Origin: Candidatus Latescibacterota bacterium
Lineage (GTDB): Bacteria; Latescibacterota; UBA2968; UBA8231
Assembly (NCBI GenBank): GCA_965242865.1
Contig: CBDETK010000013.1
Span: forward strand, 4,608,001-4,672,000
Length of the DNA stretch: 64,000 nucleotides
Direction of reading: 5' to 3'
The notes under the pieces are model-generated. The model saw only the letters and a program-made list of their open reading frames with translations. It was not told the origin of the DNA and did no database searches. A program made the position numbers and the translations under genes. The number at the start of each line of letters is the position of its first letter. The first letter of the stretch is position 1. Below are positions 36,058-45,598 of the stretch, one piece after another.

Positions 36058-37728
36058 ATGTCCAAAGGGGTTGCCGAGGTACTGGTGGTCATGCTACTGG
36101 GCTGCCAAGCGCAATCCGGGCGGGAACAGAGCGAGCCGCCCCCCTCCCCCTTTTACTTCGTCGATGTCAGCCGGGCGGCCGGGCTAGACTTCACCAATGT
36201 TTCCGGCAGCGCAGACCAGAATTACGTCCTCGAGTCCATGTCCACCGGGGCGGCTTTCCTCGACTACGACGACGATGGCTTTCAAGATTTGTTCGTCGTC
36301 AATGGGACGCGGTTAGAATACCAACCCGAGGGCGCCCGCAACCGGCTGTTCCACAATGAGCCGGGTGCGGGCGGGGAGCGAATTTTCCGCGAGGTGGCAG
36401 CCGATTTCGGCGTTGGCGGCTGGGGGATGGGATGCGCTGTAGGGGACTACGACAACGATGGCGACGTCGATCTATACGTCACGTATTGGGGCCCCAACCA
36501 ACTCTGGCGCAACGACGGAGCCGGCCGCTTTGCCCAAGTGGCCACGGCCGCCGGAGTGGATGACGAGCGCTGGGGCTCCAGTGCCGCCTTCGGGGACCTT
36601 GACGGCGATGGGTGGCTCGATCTATACGTGGCCAACTACCTCGAATTCGACTTGAAGAATCCGCCAGCGGGCGGGTCTAAATGCCACTACAAAGGGCTGT
36701 ACGTGTACTGCGGCCCCGAATACGCCGGCCGGTCGGCGGATCGGCTCTACCGCAACCGGGGCGACGGAACGTTTCAGGATATGAGCGATTCCACCGGAGT
36801 CGGCGTCCGGCGCTATCCGGCGATGGGGGTCGTCTTCAACGACTTGGACCGCGACGGCGATCTCGATCTGTACGTGGCCAACGACACCGAACCCAACCTG
36901 CTCTGGCGCAACGATGGCAACTGGCGTCTGGCCGAGGTAGCTGTCGAGGCTGGTGCCGCGTACAGCGGCGATGGCTTGCCGCAAGCCAGCATGGGGTTGC
37001 ACGCTGGCGATTTTGACAACGACGGCGATCTCGATCTGTTTGCGACGCACTTTTCCGAAGAGCTCAATACCCTGTACTGCAACGAGGGGGCTTGGAGGTT
37101 CCGGGATTGCACCCGCGCGGTCGGCTTGGGCCAGATTGAGGCCCCCTATTTGGGCTGGGGCACGGCCTTTGTCGATTTTGACCGCGATGGCTGGCTCGAC
37201 TTATTCGTCGCCAATGGACACGTCTATCCGCAACTGGACCAACACTACGCCGATTTGCGCTACGCCCAGCGCAATTTGCTCTACCGCAACGAGGGCGGGC
37301 AGTTTGGTGAGGTGGGCGAGCAGAGCGGAGCCGGGTGGACGTTGCAGAAAGTGAGCCGCGCTGCGGCCGTGGGCGATTACGACAACGACGGCGACGTCGA
37401 TGTTTTCATTATGAACTTGAACGACGCGCCGACCCTGCTGCGCAACGACAGCGCGGCGGATAACCGCTGGTTGGGTCTGCGGTTGGTGGGTGCCGAAGGG
37501 CGGCTGGCCATTGGCGCTGTGGTGCGCGTGCGAGCGGGCGGCATGGAGCAAGTGCGGGAGGTGCATCGCGGGTATAGCTTCCAAGCCCAAAACGACCCGC
37601 GCTTGTTGTTTGGCTTGGGACCGACGGCCGAGGTGGAGCAGGTGGAAATCCGCTGGCCTTCTGGCCGGCGGCAGGTTTTGCCGGGCTTACCGACCGACCG
37701 CTACGTGGAGATAGTAGATAGGCGCTGA
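36058..37728 (+). CDS. CRTAC1-family lipoprotein (FG-GAP plus ASPIC/UnbV)
   Basis: Lipobox VMLLG-C; DYDNDGD repeats; AIGAVV..GYSFQAQNDPRLLFGLG..RWPSG. Confidence 0.9.
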   Translation: MSKGVAEVLVVMLLGCQAQSGREQSEPPPSPFYFVDVSRAAGLDFTNVSGSADQNYVLESMSTGAAFLDYDDDGFQDLFVVNGTRLEYQPEGARNRLFHNEPGAGGERIFREVAADFGVGGWGMGCAVGDYDNDGDVDLYVTYWGPNQLWRNDGAGRFAQVATAAGVDDERWGSSAAFGDLDGDGWLDLYVANYLEFDLKNPPAGGSKCHYKGLYVYCGPEYAGRSADRLYRNRGDGTFQDMSDSTGVGVRRYPAMGVVFNDLDRDGDLDLYVANDTEPNLLWRNDGNWRLAEVAVEAGAAYSGDGLPQASMGLHAGDFDNDGDLDLFATHFSEELNTLYCNEGAWRFRDCTRAVGLGQIEAPYLGWGTAFVDFDRDGWLDLFVANGHVYPQLDQHYADLRYAQRNLLYRNEGGQFGEVGEQSGAGWTLQKVSRAAAVGDYDNDGDVDVFIMNLNDAPTLLRNDSAADNRWLGLRLVGAEGRLAIGAVVRVRAGGMEQVREVHRGYSFQAQNDPRLLFGLGPTAEVEQVEIRWPSGRRQVLPGLPTDRYVEIVDRR

Positions 37729-37737
37729 CGCCGCTAT

Positions 37738-39450
37738 TCAGCGCGAAGGCGCGGGCGGGTCGAGCTGGATTTGGGGAATGGCTGCTTCAAAGACGCGCAC
37801 CCGATCGGCGTACTCTGCTCGGCAGCGGGCGACCAATTCGTTGAAGCGCCGTTCCTGCTCTATGACGCGCAAAATCGCCGCTACGCGCTGGTGTACCGCT
37901 TTTAAGGGGGGGATTTCCCCGCCGCTGCGCTCTTTGACGCGGAAGATCGAATAGCCGCCGGCCACCGCTACCGGGCCGACCAAGGCCCCGATGTCGGCGG
38001 CCATAGCATGGTCCACCAGCGCGCCGTAAATCCCTTGCTGATACGAATGGAGATGAAGTTTCCCCCGGCCATCAGGCCCCCCGGGACGCTGACTCAGGGA
38101 AGCTACATCGGCGATGGTTTCGCCGCGGTCTAGACGCTGGCGCAGAACCTCGGCTCGGTCGCGGTCTTCGACTAAGAGCTCGTCTAGCCATATTTCCACC
38201 GGGGTGCGAAATTGTTGCCGATGGTCTTGGTAGTACTGGGCTACGGCCGCATCGGTGATGGTTATTTGGTCGCCGATCTCGCGCTGGCGCAGGGCGAGGA
38301 TGAGCAGTTCCTCGGTCTTGCGCTGCTTCCAGTAGCGCATGGCCGGGCTCTCGGTGTGGCCGGCCTCTTTGGCCGCGCGCCAGACCAGCGTCTTGGGAAT
38401 GGGCAATTTCCAGGCCGCCCGGATTATTTGCAGGCTGTCGCCCAAGGCCGGCACCTGCCGGCTGCGGCGGAACGATTCAATGTAGTGAGTCGCGGTTATG
38501 CGGCCGCCGTCAAACGTGAACAGCGGTGCCGAACCTTCCTCGGGGGCGAGTGTGGGATAGGGCTCGATGGCGGGGTCTTGGGCCGCAAGGACCGCCAGCC
38601 CAGCAGAGTGCAGGCGCAGGTTTAGGGAAATCGCCAATTCCTCGATCAGGGCCTGATGTTCGGCGACGAAGCGTTCCTTCCACACATCTTTGTACAAGCC
38701 TTGGCGATGCTGGGCGAAATCGCCTTGGCGTTCAGCGGTGCAGAAAACGAGCTGGTAATTTTTGCTCAGGGGCAGGACCTCAGACAGGGAACCGCGCTTT
38801 AGGTTGGCAAAAACTTGGGCGGGAATGCCGTGATTGGCGGCCCCGACGCGGTTGACATAGCCCAAATCGCCGCCCTGCTCGGCGGATTGCAGGTCAAGGG
38901 AATGGGCTTGGGCCAAGGCGGCGAAGTCGTCGGCCGTGGCTATTTGCTGGCGCAGTTTCACGGCTTCGTCGCGGGTGTTGACCAACAGGCGGAGTAAGCG
39001 CTTTTCGCGCTGAAAATCGCCGGCCACAAACAGCGCTTCGAGCTCCTCGTCGGAAATTTCGATCCGGGCGCTTACTTTGACGCTTTGGTAGGTGTTGATG
39101 ACCTTTTCGCGAAATTTCCACGCGAGTTTGTTCTCAAAGGTCCGCACCGTGTCCAAACCGCGCGCGCGGGCCGCATGCGCTAGCAGCTTCTGGTCTATGA
39201 GCGATTGCAGATAATCGCGGCGTGCGGCATCGCCGCTCTCCTTGGATTTTAGACCCGGCCCCAACGAGGCAATGAGACGCTCTACTTCAACCGCGAAAAT
39301 AGAATCGCGGCCGACTCGGGCGACGGCGATTGGCGGGGCCGTTTGCTCGGGCGGGGGCGGGGCGGGCGCGGGGGATTGGTCTTGGGGCACACAAGCAGAC
39401 AGAACCCAACTGAGTGCCAAACACGGCATTGAAACGGTGGGGCGATACAT
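37738..39450 (-). CDS. PpiC-type peptidyl-prolyl isomerase lipoprotein; paralog of 2119..3780
   Basis: Lipobox WVLSA-C; YLQSLIDQKLL, FAALAQAHS.D..SAEQGGDLGY, GPV.V.GGYSIFRV. Confidence 0.85.
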   Translation of the reverse strand: MYRPTVSMPCLALSWVLSACVPQDQSPAPAPPPPEQTAPPIAVARVGRDSIFAVEVERLIASLGPGLKSKESGDAARRDYLQSLIDQKLLAHAARARGLDTVRTFENKLAWKFREKVINTYQSVKVSARIEISDEELEALFVAGDFQREKRLLRLLVNTRDEAVKLRQQIATADDFAALAQAHSLDLQSAEQGGDLGYVNRVGAANHGIPAQVFANLKRGSLSEVLPLSKNYQLVFCTAERQGDFAQHRQGLYKDVWKERFVAEHQALIEELAISLNLRLHSAGLAVLAAQDPAIEPYPTLAPEEGSAPLFTFDGGRITATHYIESFRRSRQVPALGDSLQIIRAAWKLPIPKTLVWRAAKEAGHTESPAMRYWKQRKTEELLILALRQREIGDQITITDAAVAQYYQDHRQQFRTPVEIWLDELLVEDRDRAEVLRQRLDRGETIADVASLSQRPGGPDGRGKLHLHSYQQGIYGALVDHAMAADIGALVGPVAVAGGYSIFRVKERSGGEIPPLKAVHQRVAAILRVIEQERRFNELVARCRAEYADRVRVFEAAIPQIQLDPPAPSR

Positions 39451-39571
39451 GAATGAAGCGGTTCCTTTGTAGACTCAATGGGCCGTGGTTGGGCAGAATA
39501 TATAGTTCTCTGGCAAAGAGCACGAATCAGGGCAAAGGGGGCGAGCACGGGTGGCCGTTCTTTTATTTTTC

Positions 39572-39601
39572 TTGATTTTTAATTTTTAATTTTCGTACCT
39601 T
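39572..39601 (+). promoter_or_regulatory. Possible promoter for the rightward 39723.. operon
   Basis: TTGATT-N18-TACCTT in a T-rich divergent intergenic region. Confidence 0.3.
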
Positions 39602-39722
39602 GGAAGCCGAGTAGTAAGTCGCTTTTGTCCCACTCAATCGCAGAAAGGAGGAAGCGCAGCAGGCTCAGAGAAGTATTCGACGTAGAACGCAAGTTTTCCT
39701 GCTTTGCGAGAAAGGAACAGAC

Positions 39723-40613
39723 ATGGCACGTCGCATTATGACGGCTGCTTTGGCTCTCACGTTGGGCCTTGCGGTCAATGTTTCGGCGCACTCGCCCGAA
39801 GGCGCCATTTTTCCGGCCTTCCAGTGGCCAGCCGGCCTCGAGCCCGTCCTAGACGGCGTCGGCAGTGAATACGATATCGTCCCCGAGGCGTACTGGCAGA
39901 CCACCGAGCAGTTTCCCGATACCCAAGGTGGGCGGGAGATAGATGCGTCCAATTTCGACGCCAAAGCCACGGTGACCTTCAGTTTGGGGACCAACCGGCT
40001 CTACTTTTACAGCCAAGTATTCGACGACATCAACCGGCCGGGCGACACGTGGCAAATTCTCCTCGACGCCGACCACAGCGGGGGCGAATGCTATCCGGGC
40101 GATGAGCGGTTGGACGGTTCCCAGTGCTATCAGACCGAGACCTACAACAACATCGGCGACACGGTGTTAGGCTCGGAAATTGTCCACTTCTTCTGGGGCG
40201 CGGCGACTTGGTTGCCCGAGGAGGGCTGGTACAATGCCGTGGCCACTTTTGAAGGCGAGCACTACGGTCCGGGGACGACTTGGCTGGAAATCCGCTTGGC
40301 GCCCACCGACGACATCAATCCCGCCGGCCCGGGCGAGTCCATCCTCCACACGATGCAAGAGAGCAACATAATCGGCATCCACTACAACTGGATGGATTAC
40401 GACGTGGGCTGCCGCGAGCCGCGCGCGGGCGAAGAGTGCAGCGGCTGGGACGCTTTTTACAACCTGAGCCAGAGCGACATTGGCTTTAGGAACGCCGATG
40501 GCTGCAGCGACTTCTTCTTGTCGCCCATTGACGAGAGCGTTGACTTCGGCTCGATTCCCTCGGCGGTTGAAGCCACGACTTGGGGCCGGCTCAAGGCCGG
40601 TTTCGTCCACTAA
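39723..40613 (+). CDS. Exported CBM9/DOMON-like protein with SAVEATTWGRLK tail
   Basis: AAGGA RBS; signal peptide (VSA-H); AFQWP..PVLDG, RLYFYSQVFDD, LLDADHSGG; paralog of 18394..19365. Confidence 0.78.
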   Translation: MARRIMTAALALTLGLAVNVSAHSPEGAIFPAFQWPAGLEPVLDGVGSEYDIVPEAYWQTTEQFPDTQGGREIDASNFDAKATVTFSLGTNRLYFYSQVFDDINRPGDTWQILLDADHSGGECYPGDERLDGSQCYQTETYNNIGDTVLGSEIVHFFWGAATWLPEEGWYNAVATFEGEHYGPGTTWLEIRLAPTDDINPAGPGESILHTMQESNIIGIHYNWMDYDVGCREPRAGEECSGWDAFYNLSQSDIGFRNADGCSDFFLSPIDESVDFGSIPSAVEATTWGRLKAGFVH

Positions 40614-40695
40614 GCGACCCTCCAGCGGGTGTTGTTTTCGCTGCCTGGTGTACCGCGACGGTGCGCCAGGCAGCACCTTTTAACCCAATTAAAGT

Positions 40696-42543
40696 ATGAA
40701 AGCCGCGCTGCTGTCTTTTCTGGCCCCGACCTTGGCTTGGGGACTCACCATATATCGAGTGGGTGGCCATGGGCTTCCGCCGCCCGAATTGGCGAGCCAT
40801 CCAGCCGTGGAGTTTGTCCAGTTGAGCTGGGAGCGCTTTGCCGAGGGCACCGAGGGGGTGCAGGTCGGCGTGGAGGTCGGCCAGGAGGGCCGGCTCGCCC
40901 CGGTGTTCATTCCTTCGGACGAGAATATGGCGCGGTCTTCCTTTGCCCGCGGCGGCGGCCCCGGCAGTTGGAAGTACAATTTTCTCACCAAAGGCGAAGA
41001 AATCGATCGGATCGCCGACGGCGATTCAACCACTTTTCTCGACCCGGCCGTGCTGGTCGCGCGCTCGGAGTCGTCCTTGGTGTATCTCGATTTAGGCGGC
41101 CGCTTCTTGGTGAACCGAGTGGTCGTCTATCCCCGCCCGAATCATCCCGACCGCCTCATTGCGGACTACACCCTGTACTCGTTGCCCAAGGGGACGATAA
41201 GGCCACAGAGCAAAAACGCAATCGCGCGGGGGACCGACAACCGAAATCCGCGGCTCGAAATCAACTTTGTCCCCCGGGTTCTCGATCAGATCCAGCTCAA
41301 TATCCACAAAAAAGAGGGTTGGGAGATCGCCGAGCTGGAGGTCTATGGCGAGGGCTATGTATCGAGTGCCCTGTACACTTCCGGGGCTTTTGACCTCGGC
41401 CAGCCATCCAGCTTGGGTGCGGTCCGCTGGTCGGGCTTTGCAGATACCCACGCTAAACTGAGCATCCGCACGCGCAGCGGCCATACGGCGGATCCCAATC
41501 GCTACTGGCGGTTTACCGGCCGCGGCCAAGAGAAAACCTTCCGCAATGCACAGGGGGAGCCCTTGACCGGGGCCGACTACCACAACCTAAAGGGCAACAA
41601 AGCCGAAATCACCACGGACCTCGACAACTGGAGTTCGTGGTCCGGGCCGTACGATTGGGCCGACCGGCGCGGCACGGCGATTACCTCGCCGAGCCCCCGA
41701 CAATTCATCCAAGTGCAGTTGGAGTTTGTACCCAGTGGACTGGACGGCGCGGCCCTCGATTTTATTGAATTCCGCGTCACCCAGCCGCCGGTGGCCGGGC
41801 GGGTGCTCGGCGAGATCTGGCCGATTGAGGTAACGCCCGGGGAAGAGACGGCCTTTGTCTATGCCATGCGGCCGGATTTTGCCGGCGGCGAAAGCGGCTT
41901 TGACCGCTTGGTGCTGGAGACGGCGGGGCAGTTCACCAGCGTCGATTCCGTGCGCGTCAATGAGGAAGTGCAGGATTGGCGCCTCGTCGAGCCGTTGACG
42001 GACCAGCGGTTGGTCTTGGAAGTGGGGCGCATGGACCGGAGCAAGACCGGCCGCGTGGTGGAGGTGTTCTTTAAGGGGCGGGTGTTTCGCTTTGGCACGG
42101 TGTTCGCCGCCGAGGTCTTCGATAGCCAACGCCCGCTGGAGGTGGGGCAGTTGGTCGAAGATGGGGATGCGACCTTCCGCCTAGACGGCAACCAGCGGTC
42201 GGTGGGGATTGAGTTGGGCCGCACGATCGTCAGTGAGTTGGTGCTCAGTTCGCAGGTATGCACGCCCAATGGCGACCGAGTCAACGACGAGGTCCATATC
42301 GAGTACACGCTGCTCGAACTGGCCGGCACCGGCGCGGTGGAAGTGGGCATATTCGATCTGGCGGGACGCCGAGTGCGCCAGGTGTATCGGGGCGCGGATA
42401 CCAGCGGCCAATACGCCCGGAGGTGGGATGGCCGGGCCGATGGCGGGAGCGTGGTGGCGCCGGGTGTATATCTCTACCGAGTACAGGTGGATACAGACGA
42501 AGGACGGACCGAACGCAGTGGACTCGTGGCGGTCGCGTATTGA
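40696..42543 (+). CDS. Exported discoidin-like / FlgD-Ig-tail protein
   Basis: Signal peptide; IADGD.TTF, LDLGGRF.VNR, ELEVYGEGY, WSSWSGPY, SPSPRQF, TPNGDRVND, WDGR, PGVYLY, terminal VAVAY. Confidence 0.85.
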   Translation: MKAALLSFLAPTLAWGLTIYRVGGHGLPPPELASHPAVEFVQLSWERFAEGTEGVQVGVEVGQEGRLAPVFIPSDENMARSSFARGGGPGSWKYNFLTKGEEIDRIADGDSTTFLDPAVLVARSESSLVYLDLGGRFLVNRVVVYPRPNHPDRLIADYTLYSLPKGTIRPQSKNAIARGTDNRNPRLEINFVPRVLDQIQLNIHKKEGWEIAELEVYGEGYVSSALYTSGAFDLGQPSSLGAVRWSGFADTHAKLSIRTRSGHTADPNRYWRFTGRGQEKTFRNAQGEPLTGADYHNLKGNKAEITTDLDNWSSWSGPYDWADRRGTAITSPSPRQFIQVQLEFVPSGLDGAALDFIEFRVTQPPVAGRVLGEIWPIEVTPGEETAFVYAMRPDFAGGESGFDRLVLETAGQFTSVDSVRVNEEVQDWRLVEPLTDQRLVLEVGRMDRSKTGRVVEVFFKGRVFRFGTVFAAEVFDSQRPLEVGQLVEDGDATFRLDGNQRSVGIELGRTIVSELVLSSQVCTPNGDRVNDEVHIEYTLLELAGTGAVEVGIFDLAGRRVRQVYRGADTSGQYARRWDGRADGGSVVAPGVYLYRVQVDTDEGRTERSGLVAVAY

Positions 42544-42566
42544 GCGGCAGCTCAAAGGAGAAAGCA

Positions 42567-43436
42567 ATGGACAGCATGTATCTGCGCTGGGCTGGCTGTG
42601 GGCACTTTGAGGCCCTATTGGGCGATGTCAACGTGTGTTTTGATCCCTATCTCTTCGGCGAAGAACTCGACCGAGCCGAACCGATTTTCGACTACGTTTT
42701 CATCAGCCACGAGCACTTTGACCATTGTCACCCCAAGACCTTGCACAAGCTCTGTAGGGGCGAGCGCTGGAAAAAACTCTTCGTCCCCATCGGCTGTCTG
42801 ACGCCCAACGAACCCATTGACGAACACTACGGCGACGCCGCTTTTGCCCGCGACCTGCCCATCACCAAGCACATCGACCCGGCCAAGGTCCAAGTGGTCT
42901 ATCCCAAGTACCAGGACGTCGCGCGCTATGGCCGCCGCGAATTTCCCGGCCCCTTTGCGCTCGACCTAGGGCCGCTTCAAGTCGAAGTGTACGAAAGCGG
43001 CGAAAGCGCCCGGCCGGACCTGCCCACTTGCGCCTATCTAGTCACCCATGCCGCCCGGGATGTAGCCATTTTCCACACCGGAGATTTGCACGGGGCCTAT
43101 CCGCCGCTGGAGAATCTGCGCGGCCGCGTCGATTACTTAGTGCATATGAAGACGCCGATGGGGCCGCTGATCAATGCGGTGCGGCCCAAATTCGTCATTC
43201 CCACCCACTATCGGACGGACCGCCAGTCCGAGCCGATTCCGGCCGGCCATTGGCCGCCCAATCTAACGGACGTCAACGCCTTCCTCGAAGACCTGCGGCA
43301 GCAGATTGACGGTCAAGCCCAATTGCTGCCCTTTACCGCGCCCATTCAATACGAAGTGGAGCTGCCAGCCAAAAAGGTCAAGTGGGCGTGGGCGTGGTAC
43401 AATTCATGGGATGTTCCGGCTTGGCGCGCCGAGTAA
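42567..43436 (+). CDS. Metallo-beta-lactamase-fold hydrolase (UlaG-like)
   Basis: AAGGAG RBS; FDPY, SHEHFDH, HTGD, IPTHY. Confidence 0.85.
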   Translation: MDSMYLRWAGCGHFEALLGDVNVCFDPYLFGEELDRAEPIFDYVFISHEHFDHCHPKTLHKLCRGERWKKLFVPIGCLTPNEPIDEHYGDAAFARDLPITKHIDPAKVQVVYPKYQDVARYGRREFPGPFALDLGPLQVEVYESGESARPDLPTCAYLVTHAARDVAIFHTGDLHGAYPPLENLRGRVDYLVHMKTPMGPLINAVRPKFVIPTHYRTDRQSEPIPAGHWPPNLTDVNAFLEDLRQQIDGQAQLLPFTAPIQYEVELPAKKVKWAWAWYNSWDVPAWRAE

Positions 43437-43450
43437 GCGCGCCCCTTGGG

Positions 43451-45586
43451 GTGGCCCAACCTTTTCGGCCCATAGGAAGGAAAAGGTACGGCCTTCTCGC
43501 CTTGGCGTGGCTGTCGTTGGCCGCCGAGGCCCCAGCGCAGACCATCGCCTTGGGGGAAGGCGGGCGGGCGTGGTTGGGCGGGGGAGAAGAAATGGACCCG
43601 CAATTCCGCTTGTCTAATACCGAGTTGGCCGTTGGCAATACGCCGGGCGGCGTCATCGACTTTGCGTTTGCCGAGGGGTGGATTTTCCCGCAACAGATCG
43701 ACCCCGGGCGGAATCTGGCCCTCGGCGCGGCCGACCGGGAGGGCGGCATGAATTCGCCCCTGCCCTCGATCAGCGAGGCTTCGCTGGCGGCCATGATTGA
43801 CGGGGATGCAGAAACGGCCTTTCGCCGCAAGGCCAACGCGGCCGGAGAAGTGGTCATCGCCCGCGGCATCATTATGGACTTGGACTTGGGGGCGCGCTTT
43901 GGCGTCAACCGAATCCGGTTTTTCCCGCGCAACACCATTCGCCCCAGCGCGGAGTTCAAGTTTGAAAACGACTTCATGCGCGGCTATGCCCTCCAACTAA
44001 ACGACGGCAGCGAGGAAGCGTCGGTGGAAGGCCGCCCGCAGTACACGACCTTCGTGCGGGTCGAGGACAATACCGAGGCCGTCGTCGAGTGGTCTCTGCC
44101 CTTGCAATTCGTGCGCTACGTGCGATTGGTGTCCCTGTCCAACATCGGCTTTGAGGTGGATGAGTTGGAGGTCTTCGGCGCGGGCTTCGTGCCCGAAGCC
44201 CAGTACTTGTCGGACATCTTCGATCTGGGCGATTTAGCCAACTGGGGCCATATCCGCTGGAGCGAGCGGCGCGAGGGCCTAGCCGGCCTGTCGGCCATTC
44301 GCGTTTTCACCCGGTCCGGCCGCGACCCTACGCCCTTTATCTTCAATCGCTTCAACGCCGACTTGCAGGAAGTGCCTTGGCAGGAGGCGGCCGCAATCAA
44401 CGGCGTCTTGCTCGACGACCTGCCCCTAGACGAGGCGTTCGATCAGTACAACTCCCAATCCGCAGCCGTGCGGCAAGCCCTCGCGCTGTCGCAGGCCGAG
44501 CACGCCGGTTTGCCCCTCCAGCAAAAAGCACCCATAAGAGACGACCTAATCAACTGGAGCAACTGGTCGCCCCCCTACCCGCCCGCGGGAACGACCCCGG
44601 CCGGCACGCCCATTGTCTCGCCCGGTCCGCGGCAGTACTTCCAGTTCAGGATCGATTTTGTCAGCCGCGATTTTCTCGCCGCGGCCGGGGTTGGCGTCCT
44701 GTCCTTTGACCTCGCCCGACCGGTGCCGGCCGAAAAAATCGTCGGCGAAATTTTCCCCCGCGAGGTCGCGGCCGGGGAGGTGGTGGAGTTCACCTACGGG
44801 GCGCGGGTGGGAGTCCGGCCGCAGGATACGGGGTTCAATCGCTTTGAAGTATCCTCGCCGAGCGTCTTTGAAAAAATCGGCCGCATCGAGGTGCTCAATG
44901 CCCGGGACGAGCTCATCGCCGGGGAGGATTTTGACGCGGTCCTCGCCGAGGCGCGCCTGCCGCTGCGGGCGGGCGAGTTCAGCATTGAGAGCGCCGCGGC
45001 CGGCCGCTTTGTCGTCGGCTTCCCGCTGGTCGGCGATGGCGATTTGCTCAAAATTTCGTTCACGACTTCGGTTTTGCGCTTTGGACAGGGGTTTGCCGGT
45101 AGCGCTTGGCTGGTCGATCCGGCCGCGCCCGAGCCGTTGCCGCAGTCGGTGGTGCCGGGCAATGCGGCTCAACTGGGGGCCGCAGACGTGGATCCGCGGC
45201 CGGTGGGCAGCGAGGATTTGACTGCAGTGGACAACAACTTAGCGGTGCGCATCGCCATAAGGGGCTCGCTGCTGGGGCGACTGCACGTGACCCCGGAGGT
45301 TTTTACCCCCAACGGCGACGGGATCAACGAGGCGGCCGCGGTCCATTTTGAGGTGCTGCGGCTGGGGGTAGGCGCTCCGCTCAGGGTGGAGATCCGCGAT
45401 TTGAGCGGTCGGTTCATCGCCGCGCCCTTTGCGGATGACCGGGCCAGCGGTCGCTTTGCCGCCGCTTGGGATGGGCGGGATGGCACCGGCGCGGTGGTGG
45501 CGCCGGGCATCTATTTGGTGCGCGTCTCGCTCGCTACAAATGTCGGCGCCGAGGCCAAAACCGGCCTCGTTCGCGTGGCGTACTGA
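43451..45586 (+). CDS. Exported discoidin-like / FlgD-Ig-tail protein; start uncertain
   Basis: GTG start then signal peptide; MIDGD..TAF, LDLGARFGVNR, ELEVFG.GF, WSNWSPPY, SPGPRQY, FTPNGDGINE, terminal VRVAY. Confidence 0.85.
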   Translation: MAQPFRPIGRKRYGLLALAWLSLAAEAPAQTIALGEGGRAWLGGGEEMDPQFRLSNTELAVGNTPGGVIDFAFAEGWIFPQQIDPGRNLALGAADREGGMNSPLPSISEASLAAMIDGDAETAFRRKANAAGEVVIARGIIMDLDLGARFGVNRIRFFPRNTIRPSAEFKFENDFMRGYALQLNDGSEEASVEGRPQYTTFVRVEDNTEAVVEWSLPLQFVRYVRLVSLSNIGFEVDELEVFGAGFVPEAQYLSDIFDLGDLANWGHIRWSERREGLAGLSAIRVFTRSGRDPTPFIFNRFNADLQEVPWQEAAAINGVLLDDLPLDEAFDQYNSQSAAVRQALALSQAEHAGLPLQQKAPIRDDLINWSNWSPPYPPAGTTPAGTPIVSPGPRQYFQFRIDFVSRDFLAAAGVGVLSFDLARPVPAEKIVGEIFPREVAAGEVVEFTYGARVGVRPQDTGFNRFEVSSPSVFEKIGRIEVLNARDELIAGEDFDAVLAEARLPLRAGEFSIESAAAGRFVVGFPLVGDGDLLKISFTTSVLRFGQGFAGSAWLVDPAAPEPLPQSVVPGNAAQLGAADVDPRPVGSEDLTAVDNNLAVRIAIRGSLLGRLHVTPEVFTPNGDGINEAAAVHFEVLRLGVGAPLRVEIRDLSGRFIAAPFADDRASGRFAAAWDGRDGTGAVVAPGIYLVRVSLATNVGAEAKTGLVRVAY

Positions 45587-45598
45587 GGGAGGGCGTTT

